Assembly: GCA_963844035.1 (NCBI GenBank) | Contig: CAWJMT010000012.1 | Span: 32,001 to 96,000 of the forward strand | Direction: 5' to 3' | Origin: an uncultured Gemmatimonadales bacterium | GTDB lineage: Bacteria; Gemmatimonadota; Gemmatimonadetes; Gemmatimonadales; GWC2-71-9 | Length of the DNA stretch: 64,000 nucleotides | Shown: positions 20,181-30,052 of the stretch, piece by piece | Numbering within the stretch: the first letter of the stretch is position 1 | How the letters are laid out: each line of letters begins with the position of its first letter | Notes under the pieces: model-generated | Told to the model about the DNA's origin: nothing | Seen by the model: only the letters and a program-made list of their open reading frames with translations | The model's database searches: none | Made by a program: the position numbers and the translations under genes

Positions 20181-21535
20181 CGATCGTTTCGCTCGTCGTC
20201 GTCCTCGGCGTGCTGATCTTCGTGCACGAGGCCGGCCACTTCATCGCCGCCAAGGCGATGGGGATCCAGGTGCTGCGCTTCTCGCTCGGCTTTGGGAGGC
20301 CGCTCGTGCTGGTGCGGCGGGGCGAGACGGAGTACTGCATCTGTTGGATTCCGCTCGGCGGCTACGTGAAGATGGCGGGCCTCGAGGACGAGGGAATCGC
20401 GGGCGAGCTCGAGGGGGGCGCGGGCGCGGTCCCCGTGGATCCGGAGCGCGCGTTCGACCGGAAGCCGGTCTGGAAGCGGATGGTGGTGATCCTCGCCGGG
20501 CGTCACGATGAACGCGATCTTCGCGTTCGTGGTGTACACCGCGCTCGCCTACCAGGGCACGCTGCAGGCGGACCGGCTCGCAACCACCGCGGTGGACAGC
20601 GTGCGGGCGAGCGAGCTGCCGCCGCAGGCCGCGGAGCTCGCGACGCTGCCGCGGGGGAGCCGGATCGTCACGGTGAACGGCGATTCCGCTGTCAACGTGG
20701 GGTGAGCTGCTCGAGCGGCTCGTCGATCGCACCGAGCCCGATCCGGCTCGAGGTCGCCGGGCGCGCCGAGCCAATCGTGCTGACGCTGGCGCAGGATGAC
20801 ACCGCCGCGCGCATGCAGCTCGCGCGGGGGCTGACGGTCTTCCTTCCGCCCGTCGCGGCGCAGGTCACGCCGGGAGGCCCGGGCGATCGCGCGGGGTTCA
20901 AGCCCGGGGATCGCATCCTGCGCATCAACGACGATACGATGGCATCGTGGACAGACTTTGCCCGCACGGTGCGCGACCGTCCCGAGCAGGAGATCGTGGT
21001 CGCCGTGGCGCGTGGGGGGCAGCGCGAGGTGCTGCACGTGGTGCCCGAGCGGCGGGTCGAGACCGATCCCGAAACGAAGCAGGAGCGGGTGTTCGGGCTG
21101 GTGGGTCTGGTCGCGGAGCATCCGGTGCTCAAGGCCCCCGGCGCACTCGGAGCGCTGCGGCTCGGCTGGCGGGAAACGATGTCGCGCACGGGCATGATCC
21201 TGCAGTTCCTGCGCAGCCCGCGGGTGCAAGAGCTGGGTGGGCCCCTCACCATCGGCCAGGTGTCGGGTCAGGCCGCGCGCGTGGGGCTCAGCGCATTCCT
21301 GGCCTTCATGGCGCTCCTGTCGCTCAACCTCGCAGTGCTGAACCTGCTCCCGATTCCGATCCTCGACGGTGGGCAGGTCGTGTTCCTGGTGGCGGAGGCG
21401 GTGCGCCGCCGGCCGCTCTCGGTGCAGCTCCGCGCCCGGCTCACGCAGGTGGGCTTCTTCGTGCTGGTCGGCATCATGCTGCTCGCGCTGCGCAACGACG
21501 TCCTGCGCGTGTTCCCCCATGTCTTCTCCCGTTAG
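20171..21535 (+). CDS. rseP: RIP metalloprotease RseP (compensating frameshifts near 20500 and 20700)
   Basis: HEAGH, IPLGGYVKM, PDZ regions, NLLPIPILDGG. Confidence 0.93.
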   Translation: MLLTIVSLVVVLGVLIFVHEAGHFIAAKAMGIQVLRFSLGFGRPLVLVRRGETEYCICWIPLGGYVKMAGLEDEGIAGELEGGAGAVPVDPERAFDRKPVWKRMVVILAGRHDERDLRVRGVHRARLPGHAAGGPARNHRGGQRAGERAAAAGRGARDAAAGEPDRHGERRFRCQRGVSCSSGSSIAPSPIRLEVAGRAEPIVLTLAQDDTAARMQLARGLTVFLPPVAAQVTPGGPGDRAGFKPGDRILRINDDTMASWTDFARTVRDRPEQEIVVAVARGGQREVLHVVPERRVETDPETKQERVFGLVGLVAEHPVLKAPGALGALRLGWRETMSRTGMILQFLRSPRVQELGGPLTIGQVSGQAARVGLSAFLAFMALLSLNLAVLNLLPIPILDGGQVVFLVAEAVRRRPLSVQLRARLTQVGFFVLVGIMLLALRNDVLRVFPHVFSR

Positions 21536-21919
21536 GCGCGAGCTGGAGGAGTACGTCGCGGGGCGGGGTGGCGAGGCGCGGCTCGTGAGCAGCGGTGATG
21601 GATGCCTACTACCGGGATGGGGGAAGCGGGAAGAGGGAAGCGTTGCGTCCGCTGATCGATGTGATTGAGCGGGCGGCGCCGGGCGTCGTCGAGCTCGCGG
21701 CGGCGGGTGACACGCCGGGGTTCCGGGTGCGCCTCGCCGAGCGCCCGTTCCCGGAGCGGTACGCAGAACGACCTGCGCGCCGCGGCTGGCATGGCGTTGC
21801 AGGCGTGGGGGGCGGAAGCTCCTGCATCCCCTCCACCACCTCCACCTCCTCCATCCCCTCCCAATCGGGGCCTGCTCCAACGCGTGCTGGGCGTTATCCG
21901 GCGCTGGTTCGGCGAATAA
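21519..21919 (+). CDS. Hypothetical protein (several apparent frameshifts)
   Basis: MSSPVRRELEEYVAG.../VMDAYYRDGGSGKREALRPLIDVIERAAPG.../NDLRAAAG...RRWFGE*. It overlaps the rseP end. Confidence 0.5.
21614..21641 (+). repeat. 4 x 7-bp GGGAAGN array
   Basis: GGGATGG GGGAAGC GGGAAGA GGGAAGC. Confidence 0.8.
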
Positions 21920-22856
21920 TCGCGGCGACGAGCAGGGCGATCAGGATCACCGCGGCGGCGATCAGCCCCCACGTTCGGCGGGAGTGTGGCACGGTCCCGA
22001 TCGACGATGTCGAACGCCGGTCGGGGGAGCGCGCCGTCGCTCAGGTCCGCGGCGAGCTCCGCGGCGGTCTGGTAGCGGTCGTCGGGGTGCTTGGCAAGGC
22101 ACTTGGCGACCACCCGCTCGAAGCGCTTGGACAACTCGGGCCGTTTGCGGCGCACCGAGGGCGGAGAATCCTCGACATGCATGCGCGCCAGCTCGAACCA
22201 GTGCGCGTGCGCAAACGGCACCTCCCCCGTCGCGGCCTTATAGAGGGTCACGCCCAGCGCGTAGAAATCGGCGCGTTGGTCCATGGCGCCGCCCAGCGCC
22301 TGCTCGGGCGAGAGGTATTGCGGCGTGCCGATCGTCATGTTCACGCCGGTCGAGGCGACGTAACCCGACACCGCGCGCGCGATCCCGAAGTCGGCGATCA
22401 CCGCCTCCCCATCGGAGCGGAGCAGGATGTTGTCGGGTTTCAGGTCGCGGTGGATGAGTCCCGCCTGATGGGCGAAGCCGAGGCCCGCTCGCGATGCCCA
22501 AGGCGATACGGAGGATGTCGGCTTCGGGGAGGGGGCCCTCGCGCGCCAGCCGTGCGCTCAAGCTGTCGGGGCAAAGGTCCATGGCGAAGTAGACGTGGGC
22601 GCCTGCTTTGGCGACGGAGCGGATGCGAATGATGTTGGGGTGCTCCAGGCGGGCGGCGGTCTCGCTTTCGTTGCGGAACCGGGCTTCGAACGAGGGCGTC
22701 CCCGGCGTAGAGCGGCTTCAGGACCTTCACCGCGACCGGCGTCCCGTCGATTTCGCGGCCCACGAACACCCACGCCACCCCTCCCTGGCCGATCAGGCGC
22801 TCGAGGTAGTAGGGGCCAAGGGACTGACCCACGAGATCGGTGGGCGCGCCGGTCAT
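21894..22856 (-). CDS. Hanks-type Ser/Thr protein kinase with C-terminal TM helix (frameshifted)
   Basis: GQGGVAWV, VAVKVL, HRDLKPDNILL, DFGIAR, GTPQYLSPEQ. C-terminus WGLIAAAVILIALLVAAII. Confidence 0.88.
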
Positions 22857-22946
22857 GGATTCGGGGCTTTACAAAAGTGGCTACGGTCCGTCTAACTTAG
22901 TGCGCTCACGATAATTAGGGAACTGCAATTAGGGAAACGCAACCAG

Positions 22947-23204
22947 ATGTACGATAAAGCGACGCCAGTCACGAAGTATCGGCAGCATGAGCGGGACACG
23001 GGCTCTGCCCCCGTCCAGATCGCGCTGCTCACCGAGCGAATCAACAGCCTCACCGGTCACTTCCGGTCCCACGCCAAGGATTACCACGGGCAACGCGGCT
23101 TGCTGCGAATGGTCAGCAAGCGGCGGCGGTTGCTCGAGTACCTGAAGCGCACCGACCTGGAGCGCTATCGGAAGCTGCTCGAGGCGCTGGGTCTCCGCCA
23201 CTAA
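22947..23204 (+). CDS. rpsO: 30S ribosomal protein S15
   Basis: [16 protein letters not shown]...[13 protein letters not shown]...LGLR. Confidence 0.97.
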   Translation: MYDKATPVTKYRQHERDTGSAPVQIALLTERINSLTGHFRSHAKDYHGQRGLLRMVSKRRRLLEYLKRTDLERYRKLLEALGLRH

Positions 23205-23224
23205 TGCAACAGCAGGCGTCGCGT

Positions 23225-23265
23225 CCGGCGCCCCGGAAGAGCACCGGGGCGCTGGGCGTGTTTTC
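23225..23265 (+). terminator. Hairpin between rpsO and pnp
   Basis: CCGGCGCCCCGG...CCGGGGCGCTGG followed by GTGTTTT. Confidence 0.5.
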
Positions 23266-23294
23266 ATATGCTCAAGACAGGTGAAGGTGAAATA

Positions 23295-25391
23295 GTGAAG
23301 CGTGTAGAGAAGAGTTTTGCGGGGCGCACGCTCCGCATGGAGACCGGGCGGTTGGCCAAGCAGGCCGCCGGCTCGTGTCTGATTCAGTTTGGCGAAACGG
23401 TGGTCCTCGCCGTCGTGACCGTGTCCGACAATGTGTCCACCCTGCCGTTCTTTCCGTTGACCGTCGAGTATCGCGAGAAGAGCTACGCCGCCGGCAAGAT
23501 TCCGGGCGGCTTCCTGAAGCGTGAAGGCCGTCCCTCGGACGATGAGATCCTCGCGGGACGCGTGATCGACCGGTCCACCCGGCCCCTGTTTCCCGAGGGG
23601 TTCAAGAACGAAGTCCAGATCTTCGTCTACATCCTCTCGGCGGACCAGGAAAACGATGCGGACGTGCTCGGGGTGACGGCGGCCTCCGCGGCGCTGTCCG
23701 TCTCGCGGATTCCGTGGAACGGCCCGATTGCGGCGGTGCGTGTCGGCCGCGTGGAAGGTGCCTGGATCCTCAATCCCACGTTCCAGCAGCTCGAGTTCTC
23801 GGACGTGGACCTCACCGTCTCGGGCTCGCGCGATTCGATCGTGATGGTCGAGGGCGGTGCGCTGGAGCTGAGCGAGGCGGAGGTGGTCAAGGGCCTCGAG
23901 GTGGCGCACAAAGGCATCCGCGAGCTGATCGACGCGGCGAACGAGCTGGTGGCCGAGGTGCGCCAGCCGAAGATGCAGTGGACCAAGGCCGAGCCCCCCG
24001 CGGCGCTGGTCGCGCGGGTGAAGGAAGTGGCTGAGCGGCGGGTCGTCGACGCGTTGAACCGCCCAGTGAAGGCGGAGCGCGCGCAGGCGATCGGCGCCGT
24101 CAAGGCGGCCACGCAGGAGGAGCTCGCGACCGAGTTCCCCGAGAACGGCAAGGACATTGCCGCGCTCATCGAGGACGTCGAGTATCGCACGATGCGGGAG
24201 CAGGTCCTCACCACCAGCGAGCGGGTGGATGGTCGTGATCTCGACACCGTGCGGCCGATCGCGTGCGAAGTCCCGATGTTGCCGCGCGCTCACGGCTCGG
24301 CTCTGTTCACGCGTGGCCAGACGCAGGCGCTGGTGTCGGTCACGCTCGGCACGGTGAGCGACGAGCAGCGCATCGATTCGATCGACGTGGCGCAGGAGAC
24401 GACGAAGTCGTTCATGCTGCACTACAACTTTCCGCCGTTCTCGACCGGCGAAGTGCGGCCGATCCGCGGCACGTCGCGGCGCGAAGTCGGGCACGGGGCG
24501 CTGGCGGAACGCGCTCTCCAGGCGCTGCTGCCGCCCTACGACCAGTTTCCCTACACGATCCGTATCGTCTCGGAGATCCTCGAGTCGAACGGCTCGTCGT
24601 CGATGGCCACGGTGTGCGGCGGGTCGCTCGCGCTGTTCGACGCGGGCGTGCCGCTGAAGGCGTCGTGCGCCGGCGTCGCCATGGGGCTGATCAAAGAGGG
24701 TGAGCGTGTGGCCGTGCTGACCGACATTCTCGGATCCGAAGACCACCTGGGCGACATGGACTTCAAGGTCGCCGGCACGCGCGAAGGCGTGACCTCGATC
24801 CAGATGGACATCAAGATCGAAGGGCTCGACTTCAAGATCATCAGTGAAGCGCTCGAGAAGGCGAAGAAGGCCCGGTTGCACATTCTCGATGTCATGGAAC
24901 AGACCATGGCGCAGCCGCGCACCGAGATGTCCAAGTACGCGCCGCGCATCATCACGATCCAGATCCGCCCGGACAAGATCGGCGACATCATCGGACCCAA
25001 GGGGAAGGTGATTCGCGGGATCCAGGAGCAGACCGGCGCCGAGATCAACGTGGACGACACGGGGCTCGTGACGATCTCCGCCGTGGGCGAGGGCGGCGAG
25101 CAGGCCCGCGCCATGATCGCCGGAATCGTGCAGGATCCGGAAGTGGGTCGCATCTACGAAGGCGTGGTCAAGAGTACGACCGCGTTCGGCGCGTTCGTCG
25201 AGATCACCCCCGGCGTCGAGGGGCTGTTGCACATCTCCGAGCTGCAGCACGGGCGCACCGAGAAGACCGAAGACGTGGTCAAGAAGGGCGACCGGGTCAA
25301 GGTGAAGCTGCTCGAGGTGGATGAGCGCGGGCGGATGCGGTTGTCCCGCAAGGCGCTGCTCGACAACGGAGACTCCGCGGGTAAGCGGTGA
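23295..25391 (+). CDS. pnp: Polyribonucleotide nucleotidyltransferase
   Basis: FFPLTVEYRE, FTRGQTQ, ESNGSSSMA, GDMDFKVAG, KH and S1 domains. Confidence 0.98.
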   Translation: MKRVEKSFAGRTLRMETGRLAKQAAGSCLIQFGETVVLAVVTVSDNVSTLPFFPLTVEYREKSYAAGKIPGGFLKREGRPSDDEILAGRVIDRSTRPLFPEGFKNEVQIFVYILSADQENDADVLGVTAASAALSVSRIPWNGPIAAVRVGRVEGAWILNPTFQQLEFSDVDLTVSGSRDSIVMVEGGALELSEAEVVKGLEVAHKGIRELIDAANELVAEVRQPKMQWTKAEPPAALVARVKEVAERRVVDALNRPVKAERAQAIGAVKAATQEELATEFPENGKDIAALIEDVEYRTMREQVLTTSERVDGRDLDTVRPIACEVPMLPRAHGSALFTRGQTQALVSVTLGTVSDEQRIDSIDVAQETTKSFMLHYNFPPFSTGEVRPIRGTSRREVGHGALAERALQALLPPYDQFPYTIRIVSEILESNGSSSMATVCGGSLALFDAGVPLKASCAGVAMGLIKEGERVAVLTDILGSEDHLGDMDFKVAGTREGVTSIQMDIKIEGLDFKIISEALEKAKKARLHILDVMEQTMAQPRTEMSKYAPRIITIQIRPDKIGDIIGPKGKVIRGIQEQTGAEINVDDTGLVTISAVGEGGEQARAMIAGIVQDPEVGRIYEGVVKSTTAFGAFVEITPGVEGLLHISELQHGRTEKTEDVVKKGDRVKVKLLEVDERGRMRLSRKALLDNGDSAGKR

Positions 25392-26662
25392 GCGAGACGG
25401 TCCAGCTCGACCGGGAGATATTCCAGACAAAGGGCGCCAACGGCCTCACCGTGATGTCGGAGCGGGTGGCCACCGTCCGCTCGGCGGCCGTCGGGGTGTG
25501 GGTGCGGACGGCGAGCGTCCACGAAACGCGCGCCAAGATGGGCGTGTCGCACCTGCTCGAGCACATGGTGTTCAAGGGGACGGAAAAGCGCACGGCGCAG
25601 CAGCTGGCGCTGGCGCTCGAGTCCCGGGGCGGTTCGCTCGACGCCTACACCTCCCGGGACACGACGGCGTTCCACGCCCGGGTGCTCGACGCGGACCTGC
25701 CGCTCGCGCTCGACGTGCTGACCGACCTGGTGCGCCGTCCGGTGCTGCGCGACAGCGATCTCGACCTCGAGCGGAACGTGGTGCTCGAAGAGATCAACGT
25801 CGTCGAAGACACCCCCGACGACCAGGTGTTCGACCTTTCCTCCGGGCTGCTCTGGCCCGACCACCCCTACGGCTACTCGATCCTCGGCACGCGCGCGTCC
25901 GTGAGCGCGCTCGCCGCGGCCGACCTGAAGGACCTGCACGATCGCGCCTACTTCCCCGGCAACTGCGTGATCTCGGCCGCGGGCAACATCGAGCATGCGC
26001 GTCTGCTGGAGGAGCTGGAGCGGCAGGGGTGGTTCGATCACCCGGCCGGGAACGGGTCGCCGCAGGCGCTCGAGATCGAGCCGGTGCCGGCCGCGGTGCG
26101 GGGCATGGAGCTGCGGCAGCCGCGCGACTCGGCCCAGACCCACATCGTGATCGCGACCGACTCAGTGCCCTACGCCGACCCGCGCCGCTACGCCGTCATG
26201 GTGCTCGCCAACGTGTTCGGCGGGGGCATGTCGAGCAGGCTGTTTCAGCGGATTCGGGAGGAGCTCGGGCTCGCCTACGCCGTGTACGCGTTCACCTCGC
26301 TGTACCGCCACGTCGGCGTGATGGGGGTGTACGTTGGCACCCAGCCCAAGACCGCCGAGCAGGCGGCCGAGGCGATTCGCGAGGAATACGCCAAGCTCGC
26401 GCGTGAAGGTTTGAGCGGCGACGCGCTCGCCGAGGCGAAGCAACAGACCCAGGGACAGCTGGTGCTGTCGCTCGAGAGCCCGTCGGCGCGCATGTACCGC
26501 CTGGCCGGCTTTCCGGTGTACGGCGCCCGATACCAGGGGCTCGACCAGGCGCTCGCCGCCGTCGCGAGCCTGACGCCGGAAGACATGCTGGCGGCCGCCG
26601 GGGAGTTCTTCGATCCCCAGCGTCAGACCGCGGTCTGGCTCGGACCCGCGAACCCGTCGTAG
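25388..26662 (+). CDS. M16 family zinc peptidase
   Basis: GVSHLLEHMVFKGT (HxxEH), GGGMSSRLFQRIREELGLAY. Confidence 0.93.
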   Translation: MSETVQLDREIFQTKGANGLTVMSERVATVRSAAVGVWVRTASVHETRAKMGVSHLLEHMVFKGTEKRTAQQLALALESRGGSLDAYTSRDTTAFHARVLDADLPLALDVLTDLVRRPVLRDSDLDLERNVVLEEINVVEDTPDDQVFDLSSGLLWPDHPYGYSILGTRASVSALAAADLKDLHDRAYFPGNCVISAAGNIEHARLLEELERQGWFDHPAGNGSPQALEIEPVPAAVRGMELRQPRDSAQTHIVIATDSVPYADPRRYAVMVLANVFGGGMSSRLFQRIREELGLAYAVYAFTSLYRHVGVMGVYVGTQPKTAEQAAEAIREEYAKLAREGLSGDALAEAKQQTQGQLVLSLESPSARMYRLAGFPVYGARYQGLDQALAAVASLTPEDMLAAAGEFFDPQRQTAVWLGPANPS

Positions 26663-26663
26663 C

Positions 26664-27710
26664 ATGGCGGGCGGGGCCCGAAGGTCGGCATGCCTGGCGT
26701 TGCTGGCCGTAGTTGCGGCGTGCGGCGCACAATCCGAGCGCGCCCTTCGGGAAGCCGAGCAGGCTGACGAAGCGCCGCCCGAGTCGAGTTCGCAGACTCC
26801 GCAGCCCCCGTCAGAAATCCGGGGTTCAGCACGTGTGTTCGTCGGATCGCTCCGCAAGGACGCCTTGCTGGTGCACCCCGTTGCCTATGGTCAAGGTGCA
26901 TGGACCGGATGGCCCGACACTCTCCCGGTCCCGGTCGATTGGACGGTCTACGGCTACGATGGCTCTGTGCGCCCCCTGAAAGTCGGAGCAGGGCGAGCGA
27001 TTGCTGATGACGACTACGACGGCTGGGGCTACGCGACGGAGTACCCGGTCGACACGACGGATTCCCATTATGCTCCTCGGCCCAGGGTCGGGCTCGCGGT
27101 CGCCGGCGGTGGGCCGCTCTATCTGTTGACACGAGTGGACAGCACCTCCAGCCAGTGGAGCGCAGTCGCGCCGACCGTTCGGTCGGCCTTTGATGACCAG
27201 GAGCAGCGCGCCATCGCGGCCGCGTTCGTCCGAGCGATTTGCGCTCACACTCCTCAAGGGGCCGATTGTGATGCAGGGGCGGAACGCGCGCGCCTGATCC
27301 GAGAGGGGGTAGTTCCCGGGGGATACCCCGTCGACGCGGCGAACCGAGCCACGGTGAAGTTCGAGCATTTCGTGATCAGCGCGACCTCGGTGCTTCCGGG
27401 AGGACTGACCTTTTATCACGTGCACGTGGTTCGGTATTACCCGGATCCGCAGCACAAGACCTGCGCGAGGTCGTTCTTTGACGCGAATCTTGTGACCCGC
27501 ACGGGGAAGGTGACCGTCACCGACATCGAATTCCAGTTACCGGATTGCGACGGTGTAGGGTTGCAGGGCGTCACGCCAATCGCCGTGATGGTGTTGGAGA
27601 ATCGGCCCTATGTGATTGCCGAGAAGTGGGCGTGGGAAGAGCACGAAGACATCGTTCGCGAGCTGACCGACACAGGCCTGATCAGTCCCCCTCGGTTGAG
27701 GCTGCAATGA
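26664..27710 (+). CDS. Hypothetical lipoprotein
   Basis: 348-aa ORF with lipobox VAAC and atypical codon usage. Confidence 0.65.
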   Translation: MAGGARRSACLALLAVVAACGAQSERALREAEQADEAPPESSSQTPQPPSEIRGSARVFVGSLRKDALLVHPVAYGQGAWTGWPDTLPVPVDWTVYGYDGSVRPLKVGAGRAIADDDYDGWGYATEYPVDTTDSHYAPRPRVGLAVAGGGPLYLLTRVDSTSSQWSAVAPTVRSAFDDQEQRAIAAAFVRAICAHTPQGADCDAGAERARLIREGVVPGGYPVDAANRATVKFEHFVISATSVLPGGLTFYHVHVVRYYPDPQHKTCARSFFDANLVTRTGKVTVTDIEFQLPDCDGVGLQGVTPIAVMVLENRPYVIAEKWAWEEHEDIVRELTDTGLISPPRLRLQ

Positions 27711-27790
27711 CGCCGGTGGTCCAGGTGCGCCGGCTGCCGCACCACGACAGATGCCCCCCTCGGGCCCGCGGGCGGATCGCAGCGCTGGGA
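27707..27790 (+). pseudogene. Remnant duplicate of the dut 5' end
   Basis: [13 protein letters not shown] matches the dut N-terminus [14 protein letters not shown] at 28908. Confidence 0.75.
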
Positions 27791-27798
27791 CTCGCACG

Positions 27799-28911
27799 GT
27801 GATCGTCGGCGTGCCGAAGGAGATCAAGGGAGGCGAGTGCCGAGTGGCCCTCGTCCCCGCCGGAGCGGAGTCGCTGGTTTCCGACGGCCATACGGTGCTG
27901 GTGGAGCAGGACGCCGGACTCGGCTCGGGGTTTCCGGACGAGGCCTACCGCGGAGTGGGGGCCACGCTCGTCCCCGGCGCCCCCGAGATATGGGCCAAGG
28001 CCGGGCTGGTGATCAAGGTCAAAGAGCCGATCGAGACCGAATGGCCGATGTTGCGCCGCGGCCAGGTCGTCTTCACCTACTTCCATTTCGCTGCCTCAGA
28101 GCCCCTCACGCGGGCCGTCCTCAAGTCCGGGACGGTGGCGGTCGCATACGAGACGGTGCAGCTCGACTCGGGCGAGCTGCCCCTGCTTACGCCTATGAGC
28201 GAAGTGGCGGGCCGGATGGCAGTGCAGGAAGGGGCGAAGTACATCGAGAAGGTGTACGGGGGCAGCGGGATCCTGCTGGGCGGCGTGCCGGGGGTGCTGC
28301 CGGCGGAGGTGGTGATCCTCGGGGGCGGCACGGTGGGCACGCAGGCCGCGAAGATGGCGGCGGGGCTCGGCGCCCACGTCACGCTGCTCGACGTTTCGCT
28401 CCACCGGCTGCGATACCTCGCGGATGTCCTCCCGGCCAACGTGGATGTCGTGTATTCCAATCGCCACACGATACTGGAGCAGCTGGCCAAGGCCGACGTC
28501 GTGATCGGCGCCGTGCTGCTGCCGGGCGCGAAGGCGCCGCGGCTCGTACAGCGGGCCGACTTGAAGGTCATGAAACCGGGCTCGGTGATCGTGGATGTGG
28601 CGGTGGACCAGGGCGGCTGCTTCGAGACGATCAAGCCCACCACACACGAAAAGCCGACCTACGTGCTCGACGGCATCGTTCATTACGCCGTCACCAACAT
28701 GCCGGGCGCGGTGCCTCGCACCTCGACGCTCGCGCTCACCAACGCCACGTTCCCGTACGCGCGTCGCCTGGCCGCCCATGGATGGAAGCAAGCGTGCCGC
28801 GACGATCACGCGCTGCTGCTCGGGCTGAACGTGGTCGAGGGGAGTGTCGTCTACGCCGGGGTTGCCGAGGCGTTCGGGCTGCCGCTCGTAGATCCCAGGA
28901 CGCTGACATGA
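27799..28911 (+). CDS. ald: Alanine dehydrogenase
   Basis: VGVPKEIK, KVKEP, PMSEVAGR, DVAVDQGGC, NMPGAVPRTST. Confidence 0.96.
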   Translation: MIVGVPKEIKGGECRVALVPAGAESLVSDGHTVLVEQDAGLGSGFPDEAYRGVGATLVPGAPEIWAKAGLVIKVKEPIETEWPMLRRGQVVFTYFHFAASEPLTRAVLKSGTVAVAYETVQLDSGELPLLTPMSEVAGRMAVQEGAKYIEKVYGGSGILLGGVPGVLPAEVVILGGGTVGTQAAKMAAGLGAHVTLLDVSLHRLRYLADVLPANVDVVYSNRHTILEQLAKADVVIGAVLLPGAKAPRLVQRADLKVMKPGSVIVDVAVDQGGCFETIKPTTHEKPTYVLDGIVHYAVTNMPGAVPRTSTLALTNATFPYARRLAAHGWKQACRDDHALLLGLNVVEGSVVYAGVAEAFGLPLVDPRTLT

Positions 28912-29355
28912 CGCCGCCGGTCGTTCAGGTGCGGCGGCTGCCGCACCACGAGGGATTGCCCATGCCGGCGCGCCAGACCGCGGGCTCGGCCGGCTACGAC
29001 GTCTACAGCGCCGACCCTGACTTCCAGATCGCCCCCATGGAACGCCGGCTGGTACGCACCGGCCTCGCGCTCGCGATCCCGGCGGGTTTCGAAGCCCAGG
29101 TGCGCCCGCGCTCCGGGCCTCGCCATCAAGCAGGGTCTCACCCTGCCCAACACCCCCGCCACGATCGACTCCGACTACCGCGGCGAGCTGATGATCGGCT
29201 TGATCAACCTCGGCACCGAGCCCGTGGCGGTCACACGCGGCATGCGTATCGCACAGCTCGTGTTCCAGCGGGTGGAGCAGGTGGAGCTTGTCGAGGTGGA
29301 GGAGCTGCCCGAGAGCGGCCGCGGAGCGGGCGGGTTCGGGAGCACGGGAGCGTGA
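28908..29355 (+). CDS. dut: dUTPase (frameshift near 29118)
   Basis: [37 protein letters not shown]. Confidence 0.95.
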
Positions 29356-30052
29356 ATCCCGTGAGATGGATGACGACCGTTCGCGTGGGCGGGCTCGCGC
29401 TCATCGTCGGTGCGATCAAGTTCATGGCCGTGTTCGCATTTCTCGCGGCACGGTTCGACTACCCCGCCGTGCTCGACGGCACGGCGGACGTGGTGTTGCC
29501 CCGACTCCTGGCGACCGGCGCCGCCGGCCGTGCGGCGTGGGCGCTGTATGCGTTCCTGCCCCTGATCTGGATCCCGGCGGGGGTCGGCGCGTATCGCGCG
29601 CTGCGGGGCTCGCATCCGGGAGCCATGCTGCTCGCGCTGCAGTGCGCCGTGCTCGCAGCGATCTGCCATGATGCTCGGCCTGATGCGCTGGCCGACCATC
29701 CACTGGCATCTAGCCCAACTGCACGCGACCGCCAACCCCGAGCAGCAGCAGGTGATCGCGGCGCTGTTCGACGGCCTCAATACCTACCTCGGGAACTACA
29801 TCGGCGAGTTCCTGGGCGAGCTGAGCTTCAACATGTTCTTCCTGCTCTCGGCGTGGGCGCTGTTGCGGTCGCGCGCGGCACCGGCCGGGATCGGCGGGCG
29901 CCGGCCTGGTGGTCGCCGCAATGGGATTCGTCGGCATGTTTCGCAACGTCACGGTCGCCGTGGCGCCCGTTTCCGCCATCAACAACTACCTGCTGCCGCT
30001 CTGGATGATCGTGTTCGGCGTCGTGCTGTTCCGCCTCCCGGACCAGAAATGA
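29352..30052 (+). CDS. DUF4386-like membrane protein (frameshifted)
   Basis: [29 protein letters not shown]. Multi-TM. Confidence 0.65.
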
